From an uncultured cyanobacterium (GTDB lineage: Bacteria > Cyanobacteriota > Cyanobacteriia > PCC-9006 > JAAUQQ01): a DNA stretch of 64,000 nucleotides. Of this stretch, positions 19,440-30,162 are shown piece by piece. The position numbers and the translations under genes are program-made. The notes beneath the pieces are model-generated. The model searched no databases, had not been told where the DNA came from, and saw only the letters and a program-made list of their open reading frames with translations. How positions within the stretch are numbered: the first letter of the stretch is position 1; every line of letters begins with the position of its first letter. The stretch is taken from positions 4,256,001 through 4,320,000 of the forward strand of contig OY970368.1 of assembly GCA_963718615.1 (NCBI GenBank). The letters run 5' to 3'.

Positions 19440-20221
19440 GCAGACTGTCGTTCGCCGCTGCGGTTCCGGGTGAGCCGCAGGGTTTGACTCGCTGCGATTT
19501 GCGAGGGATCGACGCGAGCCACCACTTCTTCAAAGGGTAGAATCCGCATTTGTTTGCGGAAAACATTGACTTGATAGACCCGCCATTGGTCAATGTCGAT
19601 CGCAGACAGCCAGCCACTGCGCGGATGATAAGCCCCAGTATCAATATCGAGCCAACCATTGCCTTGGGCGAGTTCGCCGGGTTGAACGCCGGGTAGGGTA
19701 AACGTGATGGTGTGCCCGGTAATAATTAATTTATCGAGAAAATAGGGGCGAGCCATGCAATGGAACTCTTCTCGGATCCAGCACAGTTCCTGGGTGGTTT
19801 GGCGAGAGAGGGGCAACGCCGGGTGCAGACCGGCATGGACGAGCCAGGCATCGCCTAAGTCTCGATAGAGGGGCAGGGATTTGACCCATTCCAAATGGAC
19901 TAAAAGCTGGTCCCAGTCACGATAGCTGGCGATCGTGGTGTTGCCACCGCTATAGAGCCAAGCCTGTAGGGCTTCGGAATAGCCATCCTGGGGAAAGGAC
20001 TGCAACAGCATGTGCTCATGGTTGCCCAACAAACACTGAAACTTTTCCTTACAAACCAGATCGATCACATCCGCGCTGCGGGGGCCGCGATCGATTAAAT
20101 CACCCAAAAAATGCACTTCATCGCCAGCCACGGGGCTGATCTGGTCCAACAGGGCAACCAGCCCATCGTAATGACCATGGACATCACCGATGATAATGCG
20201 GCGACGGTTGGGGGTTGCCAT
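19436..20221 (-). CDS. Metallophosphoesterase (PPP-type Ser/Thr phosphatase)
   Basis: GDVHG, GDLIDRG, GNHE, VHAG, GHT, IDTG. Confidence 0.9.
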   Translation of the reverse strand: MATPNRRRIIIGDVHGHYDGLVALLDQISPVAGDEVHFLGDLIDRGPRSADVIDLVCKEKFQCLLGNHEHMLLQSFPQDGYSEALQAWLYSGGNTTIASYRDWDQLLVHLEWVKSLPLYRDLGDAWLVHAGLHPALPLSRQTTQELCWIREEFHCMARPYFLDKLIITGHTITFTLPGVQPGELAQGNGWLDIDTGAYHPRSGWLSAIDIDQWRVYQVNVFRKQMRILPFEEVVARVDPSQIAASQTLRLTRNRSGERQSA

Positions 20222-20445
20222 TGGATCTCCTTGATTCAGAGAGGGCAAAAGTTCAGTTTGCGCTTGCACGCTGTGGGCTGGGAGGAATGGCACTGCAAGA
20301 TAGCGCGAGGGCAGAACCTCCCCTGCTAAATGACCCACTGTTAAATTACACAGTGTGAAAAAGCGATTGAACTCTGTACCAGCACCGAATCTGAGGGGCG
20401 ATCGCCCGAGAAAATCACGAAATTTACTGACCCCCTAACCCTGGG

Positions 20446-21192
20446 CTAACGGCTGAGCGCGTTAAAAATGCGCTGGAGTTCGGTCAAAAAGCCCGCTTTG
20501 GGGGGACGATTGGCACGATTTGCGGCGGAATCGGACGGCTCACCGCTGCTTGACCCCAACAGGGCATTGTCAATCATTTCGCTGGAGGGTCGCTGGTCAA
20601 ACGCTGCGAGTTTTTCGTAGGTACCGTCGGTTTCGAGCCAAAGTTGCCAGGGCTCGGGATAGCAGCGAAAGAGCGCGGCGTTTTCCATGGGGCGGAGATG
20701 GTAGCAGGTTTCGATGCGGTTGAGGAATCGTTCTCGCAACTGCCGTCCAGCGTAGCCAATGCCGATGGTGGCGATGTCTTCCATTTGGGGATTGAGAAAA
20801 ATGACGGGGCGATCGCCCGCCTGCTCACATAACTTTTCCACGGCCACGACTTCAACCGAGGAGGGCTCCACAAAAATAAACGTCGATTCTTCCGCTTGAA
20901 TCTCTGCGCGGACATCGTTAATGCCGCGAATGGCATAGTCGGTCTCTCCCCAATCTCGACGGGCTAGGGCTGCGGCTCCCGCATCGGGAAAGAAAATCCG
21001 CAGTTGATGACCCAACTCCCCAAAACCCTCTTGAATAAACTGCTGGGCAATGGGCTGAATTTTGAGCTCGGGGAATCGCAATTCCACCTGGAGACGGTTT
21101 TGCCCCTCGGCGATCGCCGCTTGGGTCGCCTTAATGGCCTGCTGAGTTGTCTCTCGGAGATCGTTGGGTAAGGAAACCGGTAAAGAAACCAT
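20446..21192 (-). CDS. DUF1995 family protein
   Basis: FFPDAGAAALARRDWG, IGIGYAGRQLRERFL. Confidence 0.82.
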   Translation of the reverse strand: MVSLPVSLPNDLRETTQQAIKATQAAIAEGQNRLQVELRFPELKIQPIAQQFIQEGFGELGHQLRIFFPDAGAAALARRDWGETDYAIRGINDVRAEIQAEESTFIFVEPSSVEVVAVEKLCEQAGDRPVIFLNPQMEDIATIGIGYAGRQLRERFLNRIETCYHLRPMENAALFRCYPEPWQLWLETDGTYEKLAAFDQRPSSEMIDNALLGSSSGEPSDSAANRANRPPKAGFLTELQRIFNALSR

Positions 21193-21259
21193 GAATCGCA
21201 GATTTGATAAAAGGAAATTTGATTGGATTTGATCTTTTTGGATTTGATCTTTCTTGATC

Positions 21260-22477
21260 TTAACGGGACAGCTTCATCCCCTGCACACTTGGGTCTGTTG
21301 TTTTGAGCTGTGGTGTTAGGCGCGCTGGCGCTTGAGGAATTGCCCCAAGCCGGTCCAAAATTTGCCGAAAGACCTCGGTAACCCAATCCACATCCGCTGG
21401 GGTTGTGTCCTTTCCTACGGTGAGGCGCAAGGCACTGAGGGCCTGGCGATCGCCATAGCCCATGGCCTTTAGCACCGCGCTCGGTTGCGATTGACCACTA
21501 TTGCAGGCGGAACCCGAGCTGACACCAATGCCAGCCAAGTTCAGTTGATAAACCAGACTACGGCCTGTCATCTCCCCACCCTCGTGCAAACAAAAACTGG
21601 TGTGATGGGGCAATCGATACTGGCGATCGCCCGTCAGTTTAACCCCTGGAATGGCCGTGAATTGGTCAATGAGGCGATCGCGCAAGTCCTGCAACCGGCT
21701 GGATTCTGAGGCTAATTCCTCGGCGGCTAATTGGGCGGCGGTGCCAAATCCGGCGATCGCCGCGACGGCCTGGGTCCCTGGCCTCAAGCATTGCTCCTGG
21801 GCTCCCCCAAACAGAACCGGGGAGAGGGTGAGGCCCGGTCGAATATACAGGGCACCGACTCCCTGGGGACCATAGAGTTTATGACTAGACAAAGACAGTA
21901 AATCTACGGGTAAGGTCCTGAGGTCCAAGGGCACCCGTCCGGCGGTTTGGACCGCGTCGGTGTGGAACGGAATCTTGGCTTGGCGGGCGATCGCCCCTAG
22001 TGCTGCGATCGGCTGAAGCGTACCGACTTCGCTCTGACCATGGATGATCGAAATCAAAACCGTATTGGGCCGCAACGCTGCCTGCAAATCCGTGGCAGAA
22101 ACCAGCCCGGTTCGACTCACCGGTAACCGCGTTACAGCCCATCCCTGCCGTTCAAGCACTTGAGCCGGTTTTTCAACTGCCGAATGTTCAACACTGGAAA
22201 TAATTAAATGTTGGGGCGTGGCATAGGTCCGTGCAACGCCCAAAATCGCCAGATTATCCGCTTCAGTACCACTTCCCGTAAAGACAATCGCCTCTGGCTC
22301 TGCCCCTAGCAATTGCCCCACCTGCGCCCGAGCCGTCTCCACCGTCAACGCTGCCCGCTGGCCCCAGGCATGGAGGCTCGAAGGATTGCCCCATTGGGTT
22401 GTGAGCACCTGGTGGAGGGTGGCGATCGCTTCCGGTCGGATCGGTGTCGTCGCGCTGTAATCGAGATAAATTTGCAT
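21260..22477 (-). CDS. iscS: Cysteine desulfurase (IscS/NifS group I)
   Basis: YLDYSATTP, GNPSSLH, HTDAVQ, SSHKLYGPQG, SSGSAC. Confidence 0.9.
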   Translation of the reverse strand: MQIYLDYSATTPIRPEAIATLHQVLTTQWGNPSSLHAWGQRAALTVETARAQVGQLLGAEPEAIVFTGSGTEADNLAILGVARTYATPQHLIISSVEHSAVEKPAQVLERQGWAVTRLPVSRTGLVSATDLQAALRPNTVLISIIHGQSEVGTLQPIAALGAIARQAKIPFHTDAVQTAGRVPLDLRTLPVDLLSLSSHKLYGPQGVGALYIRPGLTLSPVLFGGAQEQCLRPGTQAVAAIAGFGTAAQLAAEELASESSRLQDLRDRLIDQFTAIPGVKLTGDRQYRLPHHTSFCLHEGGEMTGRSLVYQLNLAGIGVSSGSACNSGQSQPSAVLKAMGYGDRQALSALRLTVGKDTTPADVDWVTEVFRQILDRLGAIPQAPARLTPQLKTTDPSVQGMKLSR

Positions 22478-22546
22478 AGCGACTTTTCAGGACAGCGGGG
22501 GGTTCAAACAACCTATCACAACGACCTTCCATCCCCTTCTATCGCC

Positions 22547-23170
22547 TTAGCAGGACAAAGCCTTGTATCCCAACTCTGTAGAGACTCCATGAAGTTGACG
22601 ATCCCAGGGCTCCCGAGGCAAGGCCTTGACCTGTGCAAACTCGAAGACGATACCGATGGTTGGAATTTTAGCGAGATGCGGTTGACTCAAGAAGCGATCG
22701 TAATAGCCACCGCCATAGCCCAAGCGATTGCCCTGGCGATCGCAAGCCACCGCTGGCACCAAAATCAAATCGGCGGTTTCCGGGGCAATGGCGATCGCCT
22801 CCGGCGAGGGTTCTAGGATGCCAAATTTTCCGGCCATCAGCGGCTCGGGCGATCGCCAGAGAAACCAATGCAAATTCAAACCCACACACCGAGGAAATCC
22901 CCATTGCTTGGTGCTCCCTGGGGGCGATCGCCAGAGATAGCTCAAATCGGGCTCTTGACGGTGGCTGAAATAGGCCAGAATGCGTTGCGCTGCTTGAAAT
23001 TCTGCTGTCGCGGCGACCTGAGCACAGAGCAATTCGCTGGCGTGAGCCCAGACTGCTGGGGACAGCGCTTGACGTTGGGCAAGCAAACCCTGGCGGAGTT
23101 TCGCCTTATCTTCTGATATTTGGCGCTTTGATTCTGGCAGCGATTCTGGCAGCGATTCCGTCGGCTTCAT
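22547..23170 (-). CDS. 5-formyltetrahydrofolate cyclo-ligase
   Basis: GILEP, LILVPAVACD..GNRLGYGGGYYDRFL. Confidence 0.92.
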   Translation of the reverse strand: MKPTESLPESLPESKRQISEDKAKLRQGLLAQRQALSPAVWAHASELLCAQVAATAEFQAAQRILAYFSHRQEPDLSYLWRSPPGSTKQWGFPRCVGLNLHWFLWRSPEPLMAGKFGILEPSPEAIAIAPETADLILVPAVACDRQGNRLGYGGGYYDRFLSQPHLAKIPTIGIVFEFAQVKALPREPWDRQLHGVSTELGYKALSC

Positions 23171-23342
23171 CGAAATACCCTTCAAAACCAAATATTCTCA
23201 AAGATTCTGTCAACCCCTGGACAGACAGCGATCGTTCCGTTCGCTAAAGTCCGTATCATAAGAGTATCGAACTGCGATGCGATCGCCCAGAATGGTCAAC
23301 CTCAAGCCATCAATTCAGCAATTCTGCCGCTCGGGGATGTGA

Positions 23343-23933
23343 ATGATAGAAATCCTAGCTGCCCTTTCTGCTGCTGCGGCAGGCGGTATGCGCATTGCCT
23401 TACCCCTCTTGGTCATCGGTATCATCAGCCAGGCAGGGCTATGGTCGGGGGTTCCTCTGTTGTGGCGCATCCATCCTCCCATTGTGCTTGGTATTTTGGT
23501 GAGTTGGACCCTGTGTGAATTGGTCCTGGCGAAAAGTCTCTTAGGACAACGGGTCCAGCAAATAATTCAGTTAGCCTTTAGTCCCATTGCGGGAGGGATC
23601 CTCGGCATTGCGGTGGCTTGGCATTTTGGCGTTGAGCCTTGGCCCAGCGCCATTATTGGCATTGTGGGAGGAGCCCTGGCGCTGGTGATTCAACTCGTAC
23701 AATCGGGCTGGTTTTTTCGCCTCCGGGGGCTGCCGCTGTGGGTGACGCTGGCGGAGGATGTGCTGAGCGTTTGCTTGGTTTTGTTGGCGTTCGATGCGCC
23801 TCAACAGGGGGGCATCATTGCGTTATTGCTGCTGTGGCTCGCCCTGCGTAGCTCTAGTGCTTGGCGGCAGTGGTATTTGCAACAGGGAACTGACGCGGCG
23901 CAGGGGCGGGCGGGAAAGTCCCAGCCGGATTAG
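23343..23933 (+). CDS. DUF4126-like membrane protein
   Basis: LSAAAAGGMRIALPLL, multiple TM segments, AEDVL. Confidence 0.7.
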   Translation: MIEILAALSAAAAGGMRIALPLLVIGIISQAGLWSGVPLLWRIHPPIVLGILVSWTLCELVLAKSLLGQRVQQIIQLAFSPIAGGILGIAVAWHFGVEPWPSAIIGIVGGALALVIQLVQSGWFFRLRGLPLWVTLAEDVLSVCLVLLAFDAPQQGGIIALLLLWLALRSSSAWRQWYLQQGTDAAQGRAGKSQPD

Positions 23934-23962
23934 GGCTAGCTTTGAAAGGGCCAGGTTTGGAA

Positions 23963-24035
23963 TGGAGAATAGGGGATTCGAACCCCTGACCTCTGCGGTG
24001 CGATCGCAGCACTCTACCAGCTGAGCTAATTCCCC
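23963..24035 (-). tRNA. trnA: tRNA-Ala(CGC)
   Basis: GGGGAATTAGCTCAGCTGGTAGAGTGCTGCGATCGCACCGCAGAGGTCAGGGGTTCGAATCCCCTATTCTCCA; G3:U70 pair; anticodon CGC. Confidence 0.95.
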
Positions 24036-24102
24036 AGGAAGACCAGCAGGTCTACCTTTGATTGGGTAATATCCTACCACTTTCTCTTGAGAATTTGGGT
24101 TG

Positions 24103-24283
24103 ACTCAGATCTTGCAGCTAGCCCTAAACCGCCTTGGGATAAATCCCAAGGCTAACTGCAAAACTCCGTTAAAACGGACTCCAGAGCTGAACAGTGGCCT
24201 TGGGAACCCGTTGAAACAGGTTTAAGCGTTTAGTCTGGGGTTTGAACCCTAGGTGGTCGTCGCAATCGGTGCAAGATCTCAGT
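24103..24283. mobile_element. MITE/REP-like element with terminal inverted repeats and internal palindromes
   Basis: ACTCAGATCTTGCA ... TGCAAGATCTCAGT; internal GCCTTGGGATAAATCCCAAGGC, CCGTTAAAACGG, CTGGGGTTTGAACCCTAG. Confidence 0.65.
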
Positions 24284-24507
24284 TGACCTCTCGAACACAT
24301 GTCACTGGCGATATCCAATGAATATTTCACCATTAACTAGATTTTCCACACCATCAAACAGAAGTACAAGAGAACTGCTCTAGTCAAGGCAAAAGGCGCT
24401 TTCCCTTGACTAGAGTTAGGCTATCCGTCGCATTATCGTATCAGTTAATAACGGTATGGTGATATAGTGTAATTATTGCTATATTTTGTTGAATGAGGTG
24501 AACAGGT

Positions 24508-25206
24508 ATGCTGTTTCGGCAACTTTTTGATCAAGAGACTTGGACCTACACCTATCTCATTGCGGATCCCACGACCAAGGCCGCCGCATTGGTTGACCCC
24601 GTGATCGAACAGGTCGAGCGGGATTTCAAACTCCTTAATGAGTTGGGACTGACCCTAAAATACTGTCTGGAAACCCACGTTCATGCGGATCACATTACCG
24701 GCACCGGAAAACTGCGCGAATTGACAGGGTGCGAAGGAATTGTGCCAGCAAATGCTCAGGTTGCCTGTGCGAGTCGTTTTGTTCAGGATGGAGAGATTCT
24801 TCAGGTCGGCGAGGTTGAAATTCAAGCGATCGCCACCCTAGGACACACCGACAGTCATATGGCCTACTGGGTCAATGGCGATCGCGTTCTAACCGGCGAT
24901 GCGCTGCTGATTCGAGGTTGTGGACGAACGGATTTTCAAAGTGGGAATGCAGGCGCTCTCTATGACGCGATCACCCAGCGATTGTTCACCTTGTCCGATG
25001 AAACATGGGTCTATCCCGGCCATGACTATCGAGGACAAATGGTCTCTACTATTGGCGAAGAAAAACGTTGGAACCCTCGCATAGTTGGGCGAACAAGGGA
25101 ACAGTTTATTGAATTTATGCAGGGTTTGAATTTACCTGATCCGAAGAAGATCATGGAAGCTGTTCCTGCCAATGAGCGGTGTGGGAATATGCCCATTCTT
25201 GCCTGA
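24508..25206 (+). CDS. MBL-fold persulfide dioxygenase (ETHE1-like)
   Basis: ETHVHADHITG, GHT, TGDALLIRGCGRTDFQ, YPGHDY, AVPAN. Confidence 0.9.
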   Translation: MLFRQLFDQETWTYTYLIADPTTKAAALVDPVIEQVERDFKLLNELGLTLKYCLETHVHADHITGTGKLRELTGCEGIVPANAQVACASRFVQDGEILQVGEVEIQAIATLGHTDSHMAYWVNGDRVLTGDALLIRGCGRTDFQSGNAGALYDAITQRLFTLSDETWVYPGHDYRGQMVSTIGEEKRWNPRIVGRTREQFIEFMQGLNLPDPKKIMEAVPANERCGNMPILA

Positions 25207-25285
25207 ATTCGTCTTTTCTAGGACAAAGATCTCTACAGTTCAAAAGATGAACGCATTGCGCCTTTTCGCTTAGGAGCGATATCGG

Positions 25286-26170
25286 ATGCTGACATGGCTG
25301 ATTGGATTATTTTTGGCGGGCTGTATTGGCATAAGCTTAGGCTTGTTGGGTGGGGGCGGATCCATTCTGGCAGTACCGATTTTGATTTATGTCATGGGGG
25401 TGCCGATTAAAACGGCGATCGCCATGAGCCTCATGATTGTAGGCAGCGTCAGTTTAGTCGGTGCAATTCCCCATGGGCGAGCTGGAAATATCAATTTCAG
25501 AAATGCCTTTATCTTTGGAATCACCACGATGCTGGGGGCTTTTCTAGGCGCTAAAGCAGCGGCTACACTGCCGTTTATTACGGGGGCCAGGCAATTGCTC
25601 CTGTTTGCCGGACTGATGTTAGTGGCAGCCGTCCTGATGATTCACCGTAGCTTTATTGCAACCCAGGCGGAGCCTAGTTTTGAGCCAAAATTACGGTCGT
25701 TCAAGCATCCCCTCTGGCGCTGGCTACAAATCACAGCCAGCGGTTTAGGCGTCGGCATTTTGACAGGGCTGGTTGGTGTAGGGGGCGGATTTGCGATCGT
25801 GCCAGCCTTAGTGCTTTTGCTCAAAACCCCCATGAAAGAGGCCGTTGGAACTTCTTTACTGGTCATCGCCATGAACTCAGCCATTGGATTTTTAGGCTAC
25901 CTCGGACATGTGCCTTTGGACTGGACGTTGATGATTAATTTTATGTTTGTAGCCGGTTTGGGCATTTGGATTGGAGCCTATTTGGGTCGCTTTGTCTCTG
26001 CCAAACAGCTTCAAAAAGGCTTTGGTTTTTTCTTGCTGATCATGTCAGCCTTTATCCTGTTTGAAAATCGCAGTGAGTTTCTAACTTCTTCTTTGTCGTC
26101 CCCCACTCCCTTAGCGCCACAGCAGAGTCCCCCCGATCAGAACCGTGACCTTTGCCCAGCGGCTTGTTAA
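25286..26170 (+). CDS. Sulfite exporter TauE/SafE family protein
   Basis: GLLGGGGSILAVP and GLVGVGGGFAIVP repeats, ~8 TM segments. Confidence 0.9.
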   Translation: MLTWLIGLFLAGCIGISLGLLGGGGSILAVPILIYVMGVPIKTAIAMSLMIVGSVSLVGAIPHGRAGNINFRNAFIFGITTMLGAFLGAKAAATLPFITGARQLLLFAGLMLVAAVLMIHRSFIATQAEPSFEPKLRSFKHPLWRWLQITASGLGVGILTGLVGVGGGFAIVPALVLLLKTPMKEAVGTSLLVIAMNSAIGFLGYLGHVPLDWTLMINFMFVAGLGIWIGAYLGRFVSAKQLQKGFGFFLLIMSAFILFENRSEFLTSSLSSPTPLAPQQSPPDQNRDLCPAAC

Positions 26171-26210
26171 AATCGCACTAGCTGCCGCCCAACAAGCCCC
26201 GAGAAGTCCC

Positions 26211-26429
26211 ATGGCCACCACTACCTCTCGCATTTCTAAAGAAATTCTCGATCGCATGACCCCGGATGATATCCAGGAGTTAGCCGATCGCCTGGAAACC
26301 GATAACTATTCTTCTCCCTTTGAGAGTCTCCAGGACTGGCATTTGTTGCGGGCGATCGCCTTCCAGCGCCCCGAATTGGCCCAACCCTACGTCCACCTCC
26401 TCGACAACGAAGCCTACGACGAATCCTAG
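26211..26429 (+). CDS. DUF2555 family protein
   Basis: [27 protein letters not shown]; typical neighbour of coaBC. Confidence 0.8.
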   Translation: MATTTSRISKEILDRMTPDDIQELADRLETDNYSSPFESLQDWHLLRAIAFQRPELAQPYVHLLDNEAYDES

Positions 26430-26443
26430 ACGGACAGTTTCGG

Positions 26444-27730
26444 ATGACATTATCCCTCTCGTCCTCGACATCCTCGACCTCAACATCCTTGTCTTCAACA
26501 TCCTCCTCAACGCTGACGAATCCCTGGCAAGGTCGCCGAATTCTCCTCGCGTTGGGGGGAGGTATTGCTGCGTATAAACTCTGCGAAGTGGCTTCTACCT
26601 TGGGAAAAGCCGATGCAGATGTTCAAGCCATTCTGACGGACAGTGCCCAAAAGTTTGTTACACCCTTGACGTTGAGTACGCTTTGCCGTCGCCCTGCCCA
26701 CACCGACGCCGACTTTTGGCATGCGGCCCAGGGCAGACCGTTACACATTGCCTTGGGGGAATGGGCCGAAGTGATGGCGATCGCCCCCCTCACCGCCAAC
26801 ACCCTGGGAAAACTCGCCCACGGTCTGGCAGATAATCTTTTGACCAATACCGTCCTCGCCTCCACCTGCCCCGTCCTGCTGGCTCCGGCCATGAATACCG
26901 ATATGTGGGAGCAGGCGATGGTGCAGCGCAACTGGGCTACGGTCTTGGCCGATCCTCGGTTTCACGGGGTAGGACCAGGGGCTGGGAAATTGGCTTGCGA
27001 TCGCGTCGGCAGCGGACGGATGGCCGAACCCGAGCAACTCCTGGCCCATCTGCAATCGCTTTTGCTGCATCCCCAGCGGGATCTCTCGGGCAAACGCATT
27101 TTGATTAGCGCGGGCGGCACCCAGGAATATCTCGACCCAGTGCGGTTTATTGGGAATCCTTCCACCGGACGCATGGGCGTGGCCCTGGCCTTGGCAGCCC
27201 ACCATCGCGGAGCCCAGGTGACGCTGGTTCATGGCCCCATGGCTGAGACCGATCTGGCGGTTTTACCCAGTCTCAACCGGATTGCAGTGACGACGGCGGC
27301 TCAAATGCAGCAAGCCTTAGAACAGGCGCTACCCACCCAGGATTGGCTGATGATGGCGGCGGCAGTGGCGGATGTGCGTCCGGCGGCAGTGAGCGATCGC
27401 AAACTCCCCAAAGCCGAACTCCCCGACACTCTCCCCCTGACTCCCGTTCCCGACCTGATTGCAGCCCTTGCCTCACAGAAACAGACCCATCAGCGTTTGA
27501 TTGGCTTCGCGGCCCAGACAGGCGATATTGTGACCCCGGCTGTGAATAAGCTCAAGCGCAAGGGACTCGATGGGATCGTGGCAAATCCAGTGGATCAGCC
27601 GGAGCGGGGTTTTGGCAGTGTCTTTAACCAGGGCGTGATGATCGATGCTCAAGGTCGAAACTTTGCGATCGCCCCCTGCACCAAGCTGGAAATGGCCCAC
27701 CGGATCTACGACATTACGCTTATGCTTTAA
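26444..27730 (+). CDS. coaBC: Phosphopantothenoylcysteine decarboxylase/ligase
   Basis: [54 protein letters not shown]. Confidence 0.96.
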   Translation: MTLSLSSSTSSTSTSLSSTSSSTLTNPWQGRRILLALGGGIAAYKLCEVASTLGKADADVQAILTDSAQKFVTPLTLSTLCRRPAHTDADFWHAAQGRPLHIALGEWAEVMAIAPLTANTLGKLAHGLADNLLTNTVLASTCPVLLAPAMNTDMWEQAMVQRNWATVLADPRFHGVGPGAGKLACDRVGSGRMAEPEQLLAHLQSLLLHPQRDLSGKRILISAGGTQEYLDPVRFIGNPSTGRMGVALALAAHHRGAQVTLVHGPMAETDLAVLPSLNRIAVTTAAQMQQALEQALPTQDWLMMAAAVADVRPAAVSDRKLPKAELPDTLPLTPVPDLIAALASQKQTHQRLIGFAAQTGDIVTPAVNKLKRKGLDGIVANPVDQPERGFGSVFNQGVMIDAQGRNFAIAPCTKLEMAHRIYDITLML

Positions 27731-27819
27731 CCAGAGAATTTTCGGTTGCAAGATGGTCACAGTCTGTAGGAATTCCTCTGAAACGGGCATACTGAAAGCG
27801 TGTTGAATTGAGACGATGT

Positions 27820-28368
27820 ATGAAGCGATCGACTTGGCGACCGATGCAACTGGCCCTAGGTATGGGCGTAGGCGCAAGTATTTTGTTGAGCACCCTGGCA
27901 GTCCGTGCGGCGGAGAGCATTACGCTGATCATTGGACCGCTCAACCGCTCGATCTATGTGAGTGAACTAGAAACCCTAGCCAATGAAGGTAAAGCCAGTG
28001 GTGATTTGGCCACGGCCCTCAAAATTGCCAAGCAATCTCCCGAAGCGGCGGGAAAATTGCTCAAACAGGAAATTCCCTTTGGTTTAGTTCAAGCCGATCG
28101 TCTGCTCACCAGCCCCATTGGTGATTCCCTCCTCGGACGCCTTGGCAAAGTGCTCGCGCCTCGTTCCTCCAATCAGGTTGGCGACATTGCCATGCGGTCT
28201 GCCATTCTGCTCTCCCTCGCGGATGATGGCAAGCTCTCTGTTCTAGAGGTTCTGCGGCGCTATCCCACCAATGCTCGGCTCAATGTCAGTGAGCTCAACA
28301 AAGCCGCCAAGGATCTGAAGGATTTACCCAGCCTGCTCCAGGGTGGACTGGGCAATCTCGGTCAATAG
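27820..28368 (+). CDS. DUF1400 (alpha/beta hydrolase-associated) secreted protein
   Basis: Signal peptide AVRA-AESI, SIYVSELETLA, MRSAILLS, LEVLRRYP. Confidence 0.75.
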   Translation: MKRSTWRPMQLALGMGVGASILLSTLAVRAAESITLIIGPLNRSIYVSELETLANEGKASGDLATALKIAKQSPEAAGKLLKQEIPFGLVQADRLLTSPIGDSLLGRLGKVLAPRSSNQVGDIAMRSAILLSLADDGKLSVLEVLRRYPTNARLNVSELNKAAKDLKDLPSLLQGGLGNLGQ

Positions 28369-28495
28369 CAGTCTCGGTCAATATCGGTCAATAAAGAACC
28401 CAGAAAAAGATCCGAAGCGTACGATTGACATCGCCGCTCATTTCCCGATGGACAGAGCTTCCGATGGACATGGCATTGCTGTGTCCATCGGCGGT

Positions 28496-28846
28496 TTAAA
28501 GGAGTTCTTCCTCTTGGTCTTCTTCCGTGTCCTCTAGCTCCTCGATCCAATGCATAATCTGCTTGAGCCGCAGCCGAGGAATATAGGGCCAGCCTCCCTC
28601 CGATTCCATATCTCGCAGTAAGGCATAGAGCCCCTGGCGGTTGGTGGGCAAAGCTTGGCGGAATGGTCCATCTTCCACCTCCCGATGTAGCTGTTCTAGC
28701 AAGCGCAGTAGTCCCAACAATGCCTGTACGTTGCCCTCCTGATGCTGGGCTAGGCTGCGAATGGCGGTGGCGATCGCCTCATATGCAGCGATTGAGTCTG
28801 CGAAACCCTCGTCAGGTGAGCGGTTAGGAAAATCCTCAGAATGCAT
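28496..28846 (-). CDS. Conserved cyanobacterial hypothetical protein
   Basis: LLRLLEQLHREV, LPTNRQGLYALLRDMESEGGWPYIPR. Confidence 0.75.
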   Translation of the reverse strand: MHSEDFPNRSPDEGFADSIAAYEAIATAIRSLAQHQEGNVQALLGLLRLLEQLHREVEDGPFRQALPTNRQGLYALLRDMESEGGWPYIPRLRLKQIMHWIEELEDTEEDQEEELL

Positions 28847-29146
28847 TGCCGAAAGACCTGTAGAGCTTACCCATCCTACCCCAGCCTCGAAAGATACCGA
28901 AAGCTAGACTGAGTGCAGAAAATCATGGATTTCGGCCTCAGGGCTTAAGTGGACCCACTCGATTCGGTAGAATTCTGTAGAGGCATATCCAAAATGCCCT
29001 GCCATCATAGACAATTGGTGAACTTTACATAACCATTTTCTAGTCGTATACGACTGGGAGCCCCATCGGTCTTTTTGCTGGGCTCGATTTGGGCCTCTGA
29101 GTCGTTAGGGTTGAGGGTTTGAAACCGAAACATTTAGAGGAAGAAC

Positions 29147-29971
29147 ATGAGGTACCGCGCTTTTATTGGGGCCATCTGTGCCTTCTGCCTAGCTGCTGCA
29201 ACGCTCTTTGGCGGCAGCGCCTTGGCTGTGCCCAAGGGAGTGAGCTATGACGACATCGTCAACACAGGCTTAGCCAACAAGTGTCCGCAGTTGACCGAAA
29301 CCGTCCGGGGGTCAATTCCCTTGGAGACCGGAAAGTCCTATCAGATCACATCACTGTGTATCGAGCCCAACGAATATTTTGTCAAGCAAGAGCCCACCAG
29401 CAAGCGCGCTACGGCGAAGTTTGTGGAAGGCCGTGCGTTGACTCGCTATACCTCCAGCTTGGATCAGGTCTTTGGTGACCTGACTTTCAATAAGGACGGC
29501 ACCTTAACCTTTACCGAGAAAGGTGGAATTGACTTCCAAGCCATTACGGTTCTGCTTCCCGCAGGTGAAGAGTTCCCCTTCCTATTTACGGTGAAAGGGC
29601 TCAAGGCAACCACAGCGGACGCCGCGACCAGCGTCAACACCTCCACCACCTTTGAGGGAGACTATCGGGTACCGTCCTACCGGACCTCGAACTTCTTGGA
29701 TCCCAAAGGCCGGGGTTTGACCACGGGCTATGACAGCGCGGTTGCCATTCCTTCGATGGCGGATGACGAATCGATTCGCAAGGAAAATGTGAAGAAGTTT
29801 GTCACGGGCGATGGCCACATGGCGCTCTTGATTTCCAAGGTCGACAGTGCCACGGGTGAAATCGGCGGCATTTTCGAATGTGTCCAACCCTCTGATACCG
29901 ACATGGGCGGCAAAGAGGCTGTCGATGTCAAAATTCGGGGTCTCTTCTATGGCGTCGTTGAAGAAGCCTAG
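29147..29971 (+). CDS. psbO: Photosystem II manganese-stabilizing protein
   Basis: TGLANKCP, GIDFQAITVLLP, PSYRTSNFLDPKGRG, QPSDTDMG. Confidence 0.97.
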   Translation: MRYRAFIGAICAFCLAAATLFGGSALAVPKGVSYDDIVNTGLANKCPQLTETVRGSIPLETGKSYQITSLCIEPNEYFVKQEPTSKRATAKFVEGRALTRYTSSLDQVFGDLTFNKDGTLTFTEKGGIDFQAITVLLPAGEEFPFLFTVKGLKATTADAATSVNTSTTFEGDYRVPSYRTSNFLDPKGRGLTTGYDSAVAIPSMADDESIRKENVKKFVTGDGHMALLISKVDSATGEIGGIFECVQPSDTDMGGKEAVDVKIRGLFYGVVEEA

Positions 29972-30162
29972 AATCTTGGGCTAGAGACTGCTTTTATACC
30001 TTGCTTTCCATTGTGAAAGAGGAGTTTACGGACTCCTCTTTTTTTCTGTGAATAAATGAAGATCTGACGGGGGCTCGGGCTTTGCCTCCTTCGGCGGGAC
30101 CCAGAGCAAGTTAGGATAAAAAACTGAATTTTGACGCAATTTGACGCAAGAGGAGTACGGCA

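Noticed and set aside
23998-24007. HIP1 site in the tRNA-Ala anticodon arm as an integration scar
   Set aside because: It is simply the stem-loop sequence around the CGC anticodon; no duplicated tRNA fragment or integrase is visible.
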